Part shown: positions 1 through 9,639 of the stretch, piece after piece
Layout of the letters: each line of letters starts with the position of its first letter
How positions within the stretch are numbered: the first letter of the stretch is position 1
The notes under the pieces: model-generated
What the model was told of the DNA's origin: nothing
The model's input: the letters and a program-made list of their open reading frames with translations, nothing else
Database searches by the model: none
Program-made: the position numbers and the translations under genes
Virus record (IMG/VR): IMGVR_UViG_3300009149_000023
Span: 1 to 64,000 of that record
DNA from: a virus
Reading direction: 5' to 3' (one strand)
DNA length: 64,000 nt

Positions 1-719
1 CCGCCGGCTAAGTTCATCAGTCTTCCTCCAGTGATAGAGAAAGAGCCATTTGTAGATACTACAGCTGTTTTTGTAACATCATTATTATATACTTGGACTT
101 GATCAAGAGAAATTGATCCGCCTGAGTGGACAATTGCTTGTCCTGCGTTTGATGATATAGTGCAACCATTAAAAGCTACTACACCATTTGTCATAGTAAG
201 AGCAACGCCATCAGCTGATTCAATTGTAAAGTTAAACGAGTTTAGATCGTCATTTATAACTACATGTCCTTGGGTATAAATATTGGAACCATTTGTATTT
301 GCATTAACTTCTAGTGTTCCAGAAAATGTAAACTGTCCTACATCACAAGTAGTAGTACCTGTTGTTAAGCCTCCTACAATACTTGTTCTATGTAAACCAG
401 AACCATATAGACTAACACTATCCGGTAATGTTCCTCCAGTATAGATACCAGGAGCCAGTATTATAGTATTTCCAGCAGAAGCTTCTGCTATAGCTTTAGG
501 TAAATCTGCATAAGGTCGTACAGGTGATCCTATACCATCTGCGTCACTTCCTCCGTTTTGTGCTACAAAGATAACGTCATCGCCAAACTTTACATCAGGA
601 CCTAACCAGCCTTTATAGACTGTGTCTTGAAGTAAAAATGCACGAGCGTCGTATTGTCCAGCATTAGCTGAGAATGTCAAACAGAAGGTTAGGACTAGAA
701 TCATTATATTCTTTGACAT
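1..719 (-). CDS. Right-handed beta-helix (pectin-lyase-like, DUF1565-type start) protein with N-terminal signal peptide; 3' end runs off the window
   Basis: Not in the ORF track; translated by hand from ATG at 719 with RBS GGAGG: MSKNIMILVLTFCLTFSANA-GQYDARAFLL...IFVAQNGGSDADGIGSPVRPYADLPKAIAEASAGNTIILAPGIYT; open to position 1. Confidence 0.7.
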   Translation of the reverse strand, partial: MSKNIMILVLTFCLTFSANAGQYDARAFLLQDTVYKGWLGPDVKFGDDVIFVAQNGGSDADGIGSPVRPYADLPKAIAEASAGNTIILAPGIYTGGTLPDSVSLYGSGLHRTSIVGGLTTGTTTCDVGQFTFSGTLEVNANTNGSNIYTQGHVVINDDLNSFNFTIESADGVALTMTNGVVAFNGCTISSNAGQAIVHSGGSISLDQVQVYNNDVTKTAVVSTNGSFSITGGRLMNLAG

Positions 720-731
720 TTCTAATCCTCC

Positions 732-1070
732 TTAAATAATGTAAATGAATGAAATTCTATAACCAGCAGTAGGTGCGGTTACAAAAGTGACAACATCTGT
801 TGCTACTGAGTATTCAGAACTTAATGCTATGCCGCCCTCAACAAAAGTTAGCACAGCACCTTTAGGGGTATTGGCTAACGTAAACTGAGCTTGTCCTCCA
901 GGAGCGACAAATTCTTCAATTACCTGTTGTGCAGTTGCTGTCGCTATTGTCTGAATATTTATTGTATAAGTTCCATCTGTTAAGTTCCCAGAAGGTACGT
1001 GCAGTGAATCTCCAGCAGGTAATTGCTGAGGTAAGGCAGCACCTGGAACTAAAGGTCTTTTGATAGCCAT
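732..1070 (-). CDS. Small virion fibre/decoration protein (beta-sandwich domain)
   Basis: RBS GGAGG; GQAQFTLANTP...EYSVATDVVTFVTAPTAGYRISFIY is a common phage structural beta-sandwich pattern. Confidence 0.55.
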   Translation of the reverse strand: MAIKRPLVPGAALPQQLPAGDSLHVPSGNLTDGTYTINIQTIATATAQQVIEEFVAPGGQAQFTLANTPKGAVLTFVEGGIALSSEYSVATDVVTFVTAPTAGYRISFIYII

Positions 1071-1082
1071 GGTGTACCCTCC

Positions 1083-2648
1083 TTAGTTCTGCCAAAGATA
1101 TTGGACATCAACAATTATTTTGCTATTTTGTATTTTTCCTACTCTGATAACATATTGATTATTTGCTGTAGGAACGGCTGTTACTAGCCTTCCTGATGTA
1201 GTAGCTGACAAATAAACCTCATCTCCATCGCTAAAAGTATGTCCAACATATAAAGGAGCTATACCTTCAGATACAACGAGTGCTTCACTTGTTATGCCAT
1301 CTATCTCAGCAATTACGCCAAGCACTTTATAACCATTAGCATCTACAGCTGGATCAGCTATTGTTAATGCAGTCTGATTACTAGAGTTTATGTATACAAC
1401 GTCTCCAACGTTGCCTGTTAAGACTGCAAACCTTAAAGCATGCTGATGAAGGTCTGTTCCGCCCGCTATACCACCTGTTAGCTTATTGAGATTGCTTGCT
1501 TTGACATTTGTTGATATACCGGCTAACTGATTTAACTCTGTAGCAGTAACTGACAATGATACGCCATTAATAGAAAAATTAATAGCATTCAGTGATTGTG
1601 CAATTGCTGTCTCAAGATTAACAGTATCAGTAACTCCACCTAAATTAATAGATACACCTGAACCTTGGATAGTTAAACTACTTGTCAGATTGTATACATC
1701 AACAAAGTTAGTAAATTGTTGAATTGTTCCTGCACTACTATCAACTAAGACAGGTGAGCTTCTTAAAGCATTAAAGTCAGCCTGAGTGACTCCACCGCCA
1801 CCTTCAACACCATCAGCTGGACTTCTTCCGCCAATGAGTTCATTCATGTCTTTCAGATTTGTTCTGTAAGGATAGTAGAAGCTTAATGCTTGTGCAGAAG
1901 TGAATGTGTATTCATTTCCACCGGAAGCATCCACTGAGTAATAAGCTATTGACCAGCGCAGGTCAGATAGATTGTTAGCTGTGCTTACTTCGCCATAAGT
2001 ATCTACAAGAATAAATGTTCCTGTGTCATTACCATTATCTGTATAGTTCTGAACTTCGTATATAGTTGTATCAGGACTGATTAAATAGCGACCTACATAA
2101 TTAATAGGACCACCAACTGAGAAGATACCTGCCCAGCCTACTGTTGCTGAACCATTTGCCCAAGTTAAAGCAACAACTGAGTTATCTGTGTTAACTTCTC
2201 TTTCAGTAACACCGAATACTTCATTATTAGCACCATCGTCTATATAATCCATATCGGCATCAAGGACGATTGTTCTGTAATAGTTTCCTGCAACAAAAGT
2301 TAGTACACCTTCAATAGTAGAATCAGCTTTTGTAGTGTAAGCAACTTCGACATTGCTACTAACAAACTTGCCAGTTACAAGTGTTGCATTTTCTCCCATA
2401 GAAACATTTAGCGTGTTTGATCTGTACTCGACAACTTTCTTTGATTCTAGAGTAGCGTCAGAAAGTTCTAGTGCTGTGTAACCTCCAACCTTCTCGGCAT
2501 CGAGGTTAGGGATTAAATTAGCCCCAACCTCTAACACAAAAGGATCAAGATCAGCTAGTTCCAGTTGTCCAATACGGATGACTGTGCTATCGGTTGCTTC
2601 TAATGGAAGACCAGTAGCGCTGTGTGGATATAAAAGTCTTTCAGCCAT
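1083..2648 (-). CDS. Virion fibre protein with C-terminal capsid-cement/decoration-like domain
   Basis: 521 aa, RBS; LDAEKVGG and ATELNQLAG fibre motifs; C-terminal GDVVYI...VLGVI...GDEVYLSATTSGRLVTAVPT...IRVG. Confidence 0.6.
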   Translation of the reverse strand: MAERLLYPHSATGLPLEATDSTVIRIGQLELADLDPFVLEVGANLIPNLDAEKVGGYTALELSDATLESKKVVEYRSNTLNVSMGENATLVTGKFVSSNVEVAYTTKADSTIEGVLTFVAGNYYRTIVLDADMDYIDDGANNEVFGVTEREVNTDNSVVALTWANGSATVGWAGIFSVGGPINYVGRYLISPDTTIYEVQNYTDNGNDTGTFILVDTYGEVSTANNLSDLRWSIAYYSVDASGGNEYTFTSAQALSFYYPYRTNLKDMNELIGGRSPADGVEGGGGVTQADFNALRSSPVLVDSSAGTIQQFTNFVDVYNLTSSLTIQGSGVSINLGGVTDTVNLETAIAQSLNAINFSINGVSLSVTATELNQLAGISTNVKASNLNKLTGGIAGGTDLHQHALRFAVLTGNVGDVVYINSSNQTALTIADPAVDANGYKVLGVIAEIDGITSEALVVSEGIAPLYVGHTFSDGDEVYLSATTSGRLVTAVPTANNQYVIRVGKIQNSKIIVDVQYLWQN

Positions 2649-2661
2649 CTTCTGTTCCTCC

Positions 2662-3546
2662 TTATGACCTTAAAAATAAGATTTGTGGACTAATTAAGAT
2701 TGTATTAGAATCTTGTTTAGTTCCAACTTTAATTACAGCACCTGTTGTAGGAGGTACGTCAACCACAGTATTACCGTCAAGGTATGTTAGATGTGTTGAG
2801 GTACTTGTGAATGACCATGCAGGGTTAGTATGATCCCCACCAATTCTGATAATTCCAAGCTGTCCTACAAAAATGTCAGCTTTAGCTAATCCTACTAAAC
2901 CAATTTTATCAGGATTTCCTGCAAAGTCGTTTGTTGCTTTATATGCTTTATTATCAATAAGGCATACAGGATCATGCTCTAACAAGCTTTCACCTGCTTC
3001 GATTTCAATTTCCATTGCTCCAGAAACAATCTGAGCAATCAATGATCTTATGTCAGGGTGTGAATCAGTAGCTACATTATGCTCAGCTATTGCTGCCGTT
3101 ATGTAGCTTTCATCTTCTCTGTATAGATCAGGGTCTATAGGATATACATTATAAAGAGCTTCTACAACATGATTATTAATGTAGACAATCTTTACAATTA
3201 AGTCTGATTCAAGTGTTAAGTCTGCTGGAAGTTTAAGTTGAATTAATGCTTCTGGCGGTGGATCAGATTTGTAAAAGTTGTAAGTCATAACAACAAACTG
3301 GTAGCCATCGTCTGTTGTATCTACTGTTAAATCTAAATCCGCAGTATACTCTATAATAACATTTTCTTTTACAACAAGCCCTAAGCCTACTGTAACTTTA
3401 TGATCATTTTTCTTAATTACATCAAGACCCTGAATGATGCCTCTTCCTCCAGGAACAATAACCCTAGAGAAACGATTCAGAATATCTGAATCTAGGCGAC
3501 CATACGGATCTAATGTTCGTATTTGGATATTCGCTTGAGCACCCAT
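2662..3546 (-). CDS. Virion fibre/decoration protein sharing its N-terminal domain with the three tail fibres
   Basis: N-terminus IQIRTLDPYGRLDSDILN aligns with 33497, 35647 and 38881; HNVATDSHPDIR fibre motif; C-terminal decoration-like domain. Confidence 0.6.
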   Translation of the reverse strand: MGAQANIQIRTLDPYGRLDSDILNRFSRVIVPGGRGIIQGLDVIKKNDHKVTVGLGLVVKENVIIEYTADLDLTVDTTDDGYQFVVMTYNFYKSDPPPEALIQLKLPADLTLESDLIVKIVYINNHVVEALYNVYPIDPDLYREDESYITAAIAEHNVATDSHPDIRSLIAQIVSGAMEIEIEAGESLLEHDPVCLIDNKAYKATNDFAGNPDKIGLVGLAKADIFVGQLGIIRIGGDHTNPAWSFTSTSTHLTYLDGNTVVDVPPTTGAVIKVGTKQDSNTILISPQILFLRS

Positions 3547-3568
3547 TAGATCTCCTCCTATTTATTTT

Positions 3569-4189
3569 TTAAAATCTACTTAACTGACCGTAGCCTTTGT
3601 TCTTAACATAATAGAAATACAGACCGCCCTCCTCCTGAGAGAAAATGGCAATATTAGGCCAGCCGTTGTTCTGAAGTTTTAAAATAAGGCTTTTTTCTAG
3701 AGGAACATTTAATCCAGCTTTGTCTATATCGCTTTTATCAAATACAACAAAGCTGTACTTGTTTTTCCATATATCATCGAAAGCTGTCTTACTCGCAAGT
3801 TTTGGAGCAAATACTTTTCGATAAACTAAGTCGTTGATTCTATTAAAGAATTGTGATACCTTTGAAGAAAACTTCTTGATATCATAGCTAAGTAGGTTTA
3901 CTAAAGAAGCACCTTTTATTACAGCGTACACAGTTTTAATTCTCAGAGTCTTTTCATTCTTAGCACCTCTGTTAACAATGATAGGCTGTGCCTCTGATTT
4001 AAACTCAGTATCACTCTGATCAATTAAGGAATAGGCATTAGTAAGTTTAATATCCCCTAGAATCTTTGCTTCTATCTGCGGTATCATCGCTGATCGTACA
4101 GCATCAGAAATAAAAATAGGGATAAAGATATGTTCAGTGAGTACCTTAGGCTCCATATCTTTAAGGTTTGTTTTTGCCATCTTAGCCAT
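3569..4189 (-). CDS. Hypothetical protein
   Basis: Start moved to ATG 4189 (RBS AGGAGGA, overlapping the upstream stop); 206 aa. Confidence 0.6.
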   Translation of the reverse strand: MAKMAKTNLKDMEPKVLTEHIFIPIFISDAVRSAMIPQIEAKILGDIKLTNAYSLIDQSDTEFKSEAQPIIVNRGAKNEKTLRIKTVYAVIKGASLVNLLSYDIKKFSSKVSQFFNRINDLVYRKVFAPKLASKTAFDDIWKNKYSFVVFDKSDIDKAGLNVPLEKSLILKLQNNGWPNIAIFSQEEGGLYFYYVKNKGYGQLSRF

Positions 4190-4929
4190 TAGCGTTTTCC
4201 TCCTTTGCGGGAACAGCATTTATTATATTCACAATAAACACATTGTCTCAAATCTAAATAAGCATTAGGTTCTTGTTGCTTTGCGATGCAATCAAATAAA
4301 TGATTAATCTTAGCAATTAGTTTCTTAGCATATTCTCTTAGCTCTTCTTCTCCAAATTCAAATGTTTGCATTCGTGTTAAGGTTCTTTCTACATATAAAA
4401 GCTGCCCGCCACGAATGTGAAAACCATGATCTTCCAAAACTAGGAAGTTTGCAGCAACTTGAAAAACATCCTTCTCACGAAGAACATTACAATCACTTAC
4501 TGTCTTTATCTCTAAGATAACGTCGTTATCTAATACTCCATCAACTCTACAATGAATTTTGTATTTGTCACTATTGCGAGGAAGCTCCGTAGCAGAGAAT
4601 GTATATTTCTTCTGAATGAAGTCATGAATAGAATTACCTACATGTGCCATTAAAAGCAAATGATGGTTCTTAGTTGCCATTTCAAAGTTTACAGTAGCAT
4701 TAGTAAGTCGTAGATAAAGTAAGTTACAACAATCGCCTGCTTCGGATGCTCTAACATACTGTCGAGGCTTTCTTGTTTTTAATTCTTCCTTCATCTCTGC
4801 GCGTAACATAGCGTATAGCTTATCGCTATTAAAGTAGTTTAAAGGCGTATCTTTCTTTACAACAGTTACAGTTGTCTGTTGTGTAGGATCCTCTATGTTA
4901 GATGTAATTTTATTAAGTATATCAGCCAT
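4189..4929 (-). CDS. Cas4-like PD-(D/E)XK exonuclease with 4Fe-4S cysteines
   Basis: ASEAGDCC, GNSIHDFIQ, RVDGVL...LEIKT, QVAAN, C-terminal CVYCEYNKCC. Confidence 0.8.
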   Translation of the reverse strand: MADILNKITSNIEDPTQQTTVTVVKKDTPLNYFNSDKLYAMLRAEMKEELKTRKPRQYVRASEAGDCCNLLYLRLTNATVNFEMATKNHHLLLMAHVGNSIHDFIQKKYTFSATELPRNSDKYKIHCRVDGVLDNDVILEIKTVSDCNVLREKDVFQVAANFLVLEDHGFHIRGGQLLYVERTLTRMQTFEFGEEELREYAKKLIAKINHLFDCIAKQQEPNAYLDLRQCVYCEYNKCCSRKGGKR

Positions 4930-5422
4930 TTTTATGCACACCTGCTTTGTCTATCTCACTGATAAGGCTTTCACGAAGATAAGTAAACGTAGCAGTATAA
5001 GCTTCTTGTTCCAGTTTAGTCTGCAGGGCATTAATTTTTGCTGTAAAAGGAAACATGCATTCAATCATTGTACGAAGCACACCTTTCACTGTATTACTTT
5101 GAATCTGTGAAGGCACCTCAACTTTAAAGGATTCTTTAAGACTTTCAACTTTCTGTAGTTTATTAGCAACTCTTTTTTTAATTTTCATGCGATACTGCTC
5201 TTCGCTTTCGCCTTTAGCAGCTTGACCGAATACAGGACTTGTAGGCCCCTTTACGAGTTTCTTGCTAAGATCAATTAAAGCAAGCTTTATTATAATGTAT
5301 GCTTTAGAAGGATCCGCTCCCTTCAAAAGGATTACATCACCACTTGACGTTTTTCTTAAATCGCTTTTATTCTGCGAGTTTAATGATAGTCTATCTGAAG
5401 ATATCATAGAGCTCAGTTTCAT
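4922..5422 (-). CDS. Hypothetical protein
   Basis: Start moved to ATG 5422 (RBS GGAGGG, ATGA overlap with upstream stop); 166 aa. Confidence 0.55.
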   Translation of the reverse strand: MKLSSMISSDRLSLNSQNKSDLRKTSSGDVILLKGADPSKAYIIIKLALIDLSKKLVKGPTSPVFGQAAKGESEEQYRMKIKKRVANKLQKVESLKESFKVEVPSQIQSNTVKGVLRTMIECMFPFTAKINALQTKLEQEAYTATFTYLRESLISEIDKAGVHKNG

Positions 5423-6456
5423 CCTTTCCCTCCTACTTTGAGAAATGCCCTGCCTATAAACAGAAATGCAAATGTAATAGCTAGTAATGCTGGGATAAAA
5501 ATAGCTACTGCAATAGATGCAGGTGAAGCTGTTTTTAGCCATGCTGCTAAATCTGATAATACAGAACGTAAACCTTTTATTGCTTTAGCAAAGATATCTC
5601 TAATTTTCTTAAAGATAAATTTAGGTCCTGCTAAGGCAACATCTTTCATTTTATCTAAAAAGCCTTCTGTTAGGAAGTCTTCCATTAAACTTTCATTTAC
5701 TATTTGTGCGGTAGCTTCTATATCTTTTGATATGTCTGTAGCTTGCTTAGGATTCTTTAGCCTTTTCTTTACAGCAATAGCTAAAGTGATTATGATTACA
5801 GCACATACAATAGCAAACGCGCCTTTGTTGTTCTTAATAATCTTCTGTAAACTTCTATATAAGGATTTAACTCTAACCCACAGACCATTAGCAATCTTCT
5901 TCTGAGTAGCAGCAATGTTCTTCTTCGCTTTCTCAGCAGGTATAAATTCTTTAACGTCTCCTTGTACAAATGCTACAAGTAATTCTTTTTGTGCGCCAGA
6001 TACTTTAGGAGAAGCTGCTATACGTGTTGCAACAGCCTGTCCTGCCATATCTTTAACATCTATATTCGCGAAGTTTGCTACTTGCTGTAATGGTTCGAAG
6101 GTTTGGGAGAATCCCTCTGAAAAGCGTTGTGAAGTTTCCTGAACCTGTGAAAGTTTTAAGGATACAGATTGAACTGCTCTACCAAATACATTAGGCTTTA
6201 CAGCTTCCTCTGCTTTTTCGACATCATCTAAAATTTTATACGCATCAGAGTATAAGTCATCATCAGTTCCTTCTGCAGCAGGTGCTACAGCTTCTTTAAT
6301 ATCTGAAGGCTTTACGGAGTCTAGTGCTTCATTTAGTTCTTCAGTACTTTCTGAATTTTGTACTTTAGCTTGTACATCGCCTAATGCGCTATTTAAATTA
6401 TCAACAGCAGTTGCAGCTGCATTTGCAATGTCTGATCCTTTGACTTCTTTTTTCAT
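5419..6456 (-). CDS. Membrane-segment protein, possible internal head/ejection protein
   Basis: Two hydrophobic stretches (GAFAIVCAVIIITLAIAV; ASIAVAIFIPALLAITFAFLFIG); clustered VNE/LME/LTE sites. Confidence 0.55.
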   Translation of the reverse strand: MKKEVKGSDIANAAATAVDNLNSALGDVQAKVQNSESTEELNEALDSVKPSDIKEAVAPAAEGTDDDLYSDAYKILDDVEKAEEAVKPNVFGRAVQSVSLKLSQVQETSQRFSEGFSQTFEPLQQVANFANIDVKDMAGQAVATRIAASPKVSGAQKELLVAFVQGDVKEFIPAEKAKKNIAATQKKIANGLWVRVKSLYRSLQKIIKNNKGAFAIVCAVIIITLAIAVKKRLKNPKQATDISKDIEATAQIVNESLMEDFLTEGFLDKMKDVALAGPKFIFKKIRDIFAKAIKGLRSVLSDLAAWLKTASPASIAVAIFIPALLAITFAFLFIGRAFLKVGGKG

Positions 6457-6459
6457 AGG

Positions 6460-7329
6460 TTACACCTTTGATAGATTGGCTTTCAACAGCTCCTTAGTTG
6501 ATTTTGCTTGCATTTTGATAATATTAAGGGACATTGCACTATTTTCAACGTCATTCAGTTCTTCTGTAGAAGGAACGGAGTTGCTCATGTTATTAGGATC
6601 AGCTGAAAGAGCTTTCTGTTTCTTTCTAGCAATGACAACTAAGATAACACTTACTATAATTACTAGAAGTAACGCAGCACCTAATATTTTCCAAGTGTGT
6701 GCTTGTTTAAGAAGTTGAGCAGCAGATACACCTTTCTTAGCAGCGTCAGCAGCAAATTTGCCTACCTTATCAGCAGCTCCGCCTGCAGCAGCCTTTTTTG
6801 CTTTGTCTTCTGCTTCAGAGTATCCTGGAACGTCTTTCATTTCATCCTGAAACTTCTTAATAACACGTTTACCTTGCGCAATTACTGCCTTAATGAGAGC
6901 ATCAACTTCTGTACCTTTAAATTTCACACTAAACCAGCCAAGTTTAGCGCCAACTTCGCCTGTAAGATCTGGATTAGGTTTAGGCTGATTGCCTGCTTTA
7001 ACATTTAAAATATTGTATGTATCTCCACCCTCACTATCCTTACTTTCTGGAGCAGTACTGCCTGTATTAGAACCATTGTCATCGCTTGGGTACACAGTAA
7101 AGTCATCCACTACCTTTGTTCCTTTACCTTTTCCTTTTCCACTAGCTTCAGTTAATGCATCCTGTAAAGATTTTAATCGAGCATCGGCTGCTTTTTCTAC
7201 TTTACTAAGAGCTGCAGCAGCTTTAGCAAGTTCCATGCGCTTTGTATTTCTAGACGCATTAGTTGGAAGCACCTTTATAGCTTTGGCAGCTTGTAAAAGC
7301 GCTTTATTATATTCAGAAGATACGCTCAT
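6460..7329 (-). CDS. Single-TM protein, possible internal head/ejection protein
   Basis: Ala/Lys-rich; TM ILGAALLLVIIVSVILVVIA; RBS AAGGAG. Confidence 0.55.
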   Translation of the reverse strand: MSVSSEYNKALLQAAKAIKVLPTNASRNTKRMELAKAAAALSKVEKAADARLKSLQDALTEASGKGKGKGTKVVDDFTVYPSDDNGSNTGSTAPESKDSEGGDTYNILNVKAGNQPKPNPDLTGEVGAKLGWFSVKFKGTEVDALIKAVIAQGKRVIKKFQDEMKDVPGYSEAEDKAKKAAAGGAADKVGKFAADAAKKGVSAAQLLKQAHTWKILGAALLLVIIVSVILVVIARKKQKALSADPNNMSNSVPSTEELNDVENSAMSLNIIKMQAKSTKELLKANLSKV

Positions 7330-7341
7330 AAACTTACTCCT

Positions 7342-7911
7342 TTATACACAATATTTTTTGATTACGTCTTCAAGCACTATAACATAATCAGCAAATTGTT
7401 GTTTAGTTTGATCAGCAAGAGGAGCGTACGCTTGTTCGAGGCTCCTAGCACATTCTATAACACGTGCTTCAAGACTTCCTATTAAATCAGAAGGATTAAG
7501 CAACCTTGCTTGAAAAGGTGTAGGCTGAAGCTTTTGTGTTAATTGACAAAAGACCTGTTTAACAGTTCTGATTACAGCAACCGCTATACATGCAACCTCA
7601 ATCTTTTCTTGGCTGAAAGTAACTCCTGCAAGTTTAGGAACATTAGGACCGCCCTTAAAGCCACCACCAGATCGTTCGCTTGATGCTTTCGCAAGTGCAT
7701 GATTAACTCTATCTTTAACAAAGTTATACTCATACACAAATAAGCCTTCAAGCTGGCCCCTAATTGTTTCGTCTAGCGCTTCTTTCTTAGCTTGCATAAA
7801 AAATGGTTTAAGTATTTCAACTAATTTTGCACAAGCAGCTTCTTTCTTTAAAGAAGGCTCAGAACGAAGGTATGTGAAAAAACCTTTAATGTTCTGTTCG
7901 AGATTTACCAT
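7342..7911 (-). CDS. Hypothetical protein
   Basis: 189 aa ORF, RBS GGAGGAG, in operon. Confidence 0.6.
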   Translation of the reverse strand: MVNLEQNIKGFFTYLRSEPSLKKEAACAKLVEILKPFFMQAKKEALDETIRGQLEGLFVYEYNFVKDRVNHALAKASSERSGGGFKGGPNVPKLAGVTFSQEKIEVACIAVAVIRTVKQVFCQLTQKLQPTPFQARLLNPSDLIGSLEARVIECARSLEQAYAPLADQTKQQFADYVIVLEDVIKKYCV

Positions 7912-8234
7912 TACTCCTCCTGATTCGTTAAGTTATGTGAATTCTGTACTGCATTAGCATTTTGCATAAGAAAAGGGTTACCTGTTGCGGGGTTTTCAAG
8001 ATGCTTCATTTCAGTTTTAATTACTACAGCATTAGCTTCTTTAAGGAATGCTAATTGAGTTTTATCTATCTCGAGTAAACCTTTCAGTAATTCTGCGAAT
8101 GCTTGCTTCTTTCTCCAATCGCCTTGAGCATTACTTATCTGCTCATAAATCATATCACGTAGTATATCAAGCTGTGCAAGCTTTTCTTCTATCTTTACTA
8201 AGTTTTTGTTAATAGTAGCATTTTCACAAGACAA
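7911..8234 (-). CDS. Small coiled-coil hypothetical protein
   Basis: TTG start with RBS AAGGAGG; helical heptad character. Confidence 0.55.
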   Translation of the reverse strand: MSCENATINKNLVKIEEKLAQLDILRDMIYEQISNAQGDWRKKQAFAELLKGLLEIDKTQLAFLKEANAVVIKTEMKHLENPATGNPFLMQNANAVQNSHNLTNQEE

Positions 8235-8246
8235 GCTGTGCCTCCT

Positions 8247-9611
8247 TTATAGACAGAAACAATCTAGGTTATTCTCTTTTAGTTTAGCGAGGGTATACCC
8301 AAACTTTCCTGAAAAGAAATTCCGGTAGAATTCTGACACCTCTTCAATTAGTTTGTTTTCATTAAGAGGCTCGGTTACATCAGTTTTTATGTTGGTAAAA
8401 TCACAATCTCTTAGTCTTGATACAAGTTTCTGTATTAATTTGTTCTCTTCCGCTGTTTTAGCAAGCACAGGATTCATATATCCTTGAAGCTCAACAATTG
8501 TTTTATTTGATATTCTAGGCTTAGTAGTTTTCTTTACTTTCTTAGCAGCACATGTTAGTAGCTTCGACAAGTAATGAAAGTTTGTATAAGACAAAACAAT
8601 TGACATATATAAAGAGATTGTGTAGTGATAGTACAAGTTTAGTTCCCTATACATGCTTGTCTTTGTATTTGTCAATGCTGCAAAGAATGGAATAGCTATC
8701 AACTCAGTTAAAGGATTAGGCTCAACAATCTGCTTAGTTAAATCGGGACTAAGTTCATATCGTTTAAGCACAGCAGGAGTAACTATCTTTTCTATTAATT
8801 GCTTTACCATCAACACAGGAAGTAATGTATCACCTTGTCCTTGCTGACTTTCGGTTGAATCATAAAAGAACATACTTTCATAAAAGAAAGCATCTGGATA
8901 AGCGCTAATAAAAATATAGTCAACAACATTCTTAGCATACACAACTAAATAAGTAATAGGGTTTTTATCACAATCTAACACAGGTAATACATTTTCTAAG
9001 ATGTTTACGTATGTATCAATACAAACTGTTTCGGGACTGTCACCTGTTACAAATTTTAGATACTGCCAGAAAGGTTTGTTTGAAGTTGCAGATGCAAACA
9101 CTTTAATCTGAATTAGTTTATATAACTTGTTTAGGATTCCTTCTTTGGATAAAGTCTGTAAAAGGTTTGCAAAGATCTTACTATGAATATCTTTATCCGG
9201 TCTCAAGTCTGTACTATAAAATATAGTATAGAATTTTAAAGACACGCTTGCCGCTAATACAGCTAACATTTCACTTGTGTCAAAAAATATCTGTTTCTTT
9301 TTACTTCTTTGCACAATCTCCAGTTCCCTAACTACCTTAAATAGATCTTCTTTTTTACAGAATTCGAGTAAGCCCCATTTAATCTGAAGAAAGGCTTTAT
9401 ATAAAGCAGCACCATCTCTTGTCTTTACATAGTCAAGAAATGCTTTGTCCATTAAGTTGCTAATGTATTTTGATTTCTCTAATATACTGTCAACTACAGG
9501 AAAGATGTTTTCCCTTTGGTTCCTGATTGGCACATTTTTAATCTTGTAGATGTGCTCTGTACCTTTCACAGTAATGACTAACCTTTTTTCTTCGTTTAAA
9601 GAAATTCTCAT
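8247..9611 (-). CDS. Putative sigma-like promoter-specificity subunit of phage RNA polymerase (AR9 gp226 / phiKZ gp68 class)
   Basis: 454 aa; ILNKLYKLIQIKVFASATSNKPFWQYLK, VLPVLDCDKNPITYLVVYAK and NFHYLSKLLTCA resemble, in order and spacing, segments I recall from AR9 gp226; needs profile search. Confidence 0.6.
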   Translation of the reverse strand: MRISLNEEKRLVITVKGTEHIYKIKNVPIRNQRENIFPVVDSILEKSKYISNLMDKAFLDYVKTRDGAALYKAFLQIKWGLLEFCKKEDLFKVVRELEIVQRSKKKQIFFDTSEMLAVLAASVSLKFYTIFYSTDLRPDKDIHSKIFANLLQTLSKEGILNKLYKLIQIKVFASATSNKPFWQYLKFVTGDSPETVCIDTYVNILENVLPVLDCDKNPITYLVVYAKNVVDYIFISAYPDAFFYESMFFYDSTESQQGQGDTLLPVLMVKQLIEKIVTPAVLKRYELSPDLTKQIVEPNPLTELIAIPFFAALTNTKTSMYRELNLYYHYTISLYMSIVLSYTNFHYLSKLLTCAAKKVKKTTKPRISNKTIVELQGYMNPVLAKTAEENKLIQKLVSRLRDCDFTNIKTDVTEPLNENKLIEEVSEFYRNFFSGKFGYTLAKLKENNLDCFCL

Positions 9612-9639
9612 TAAGTATTCCTCCTAATTATGTAACAAA

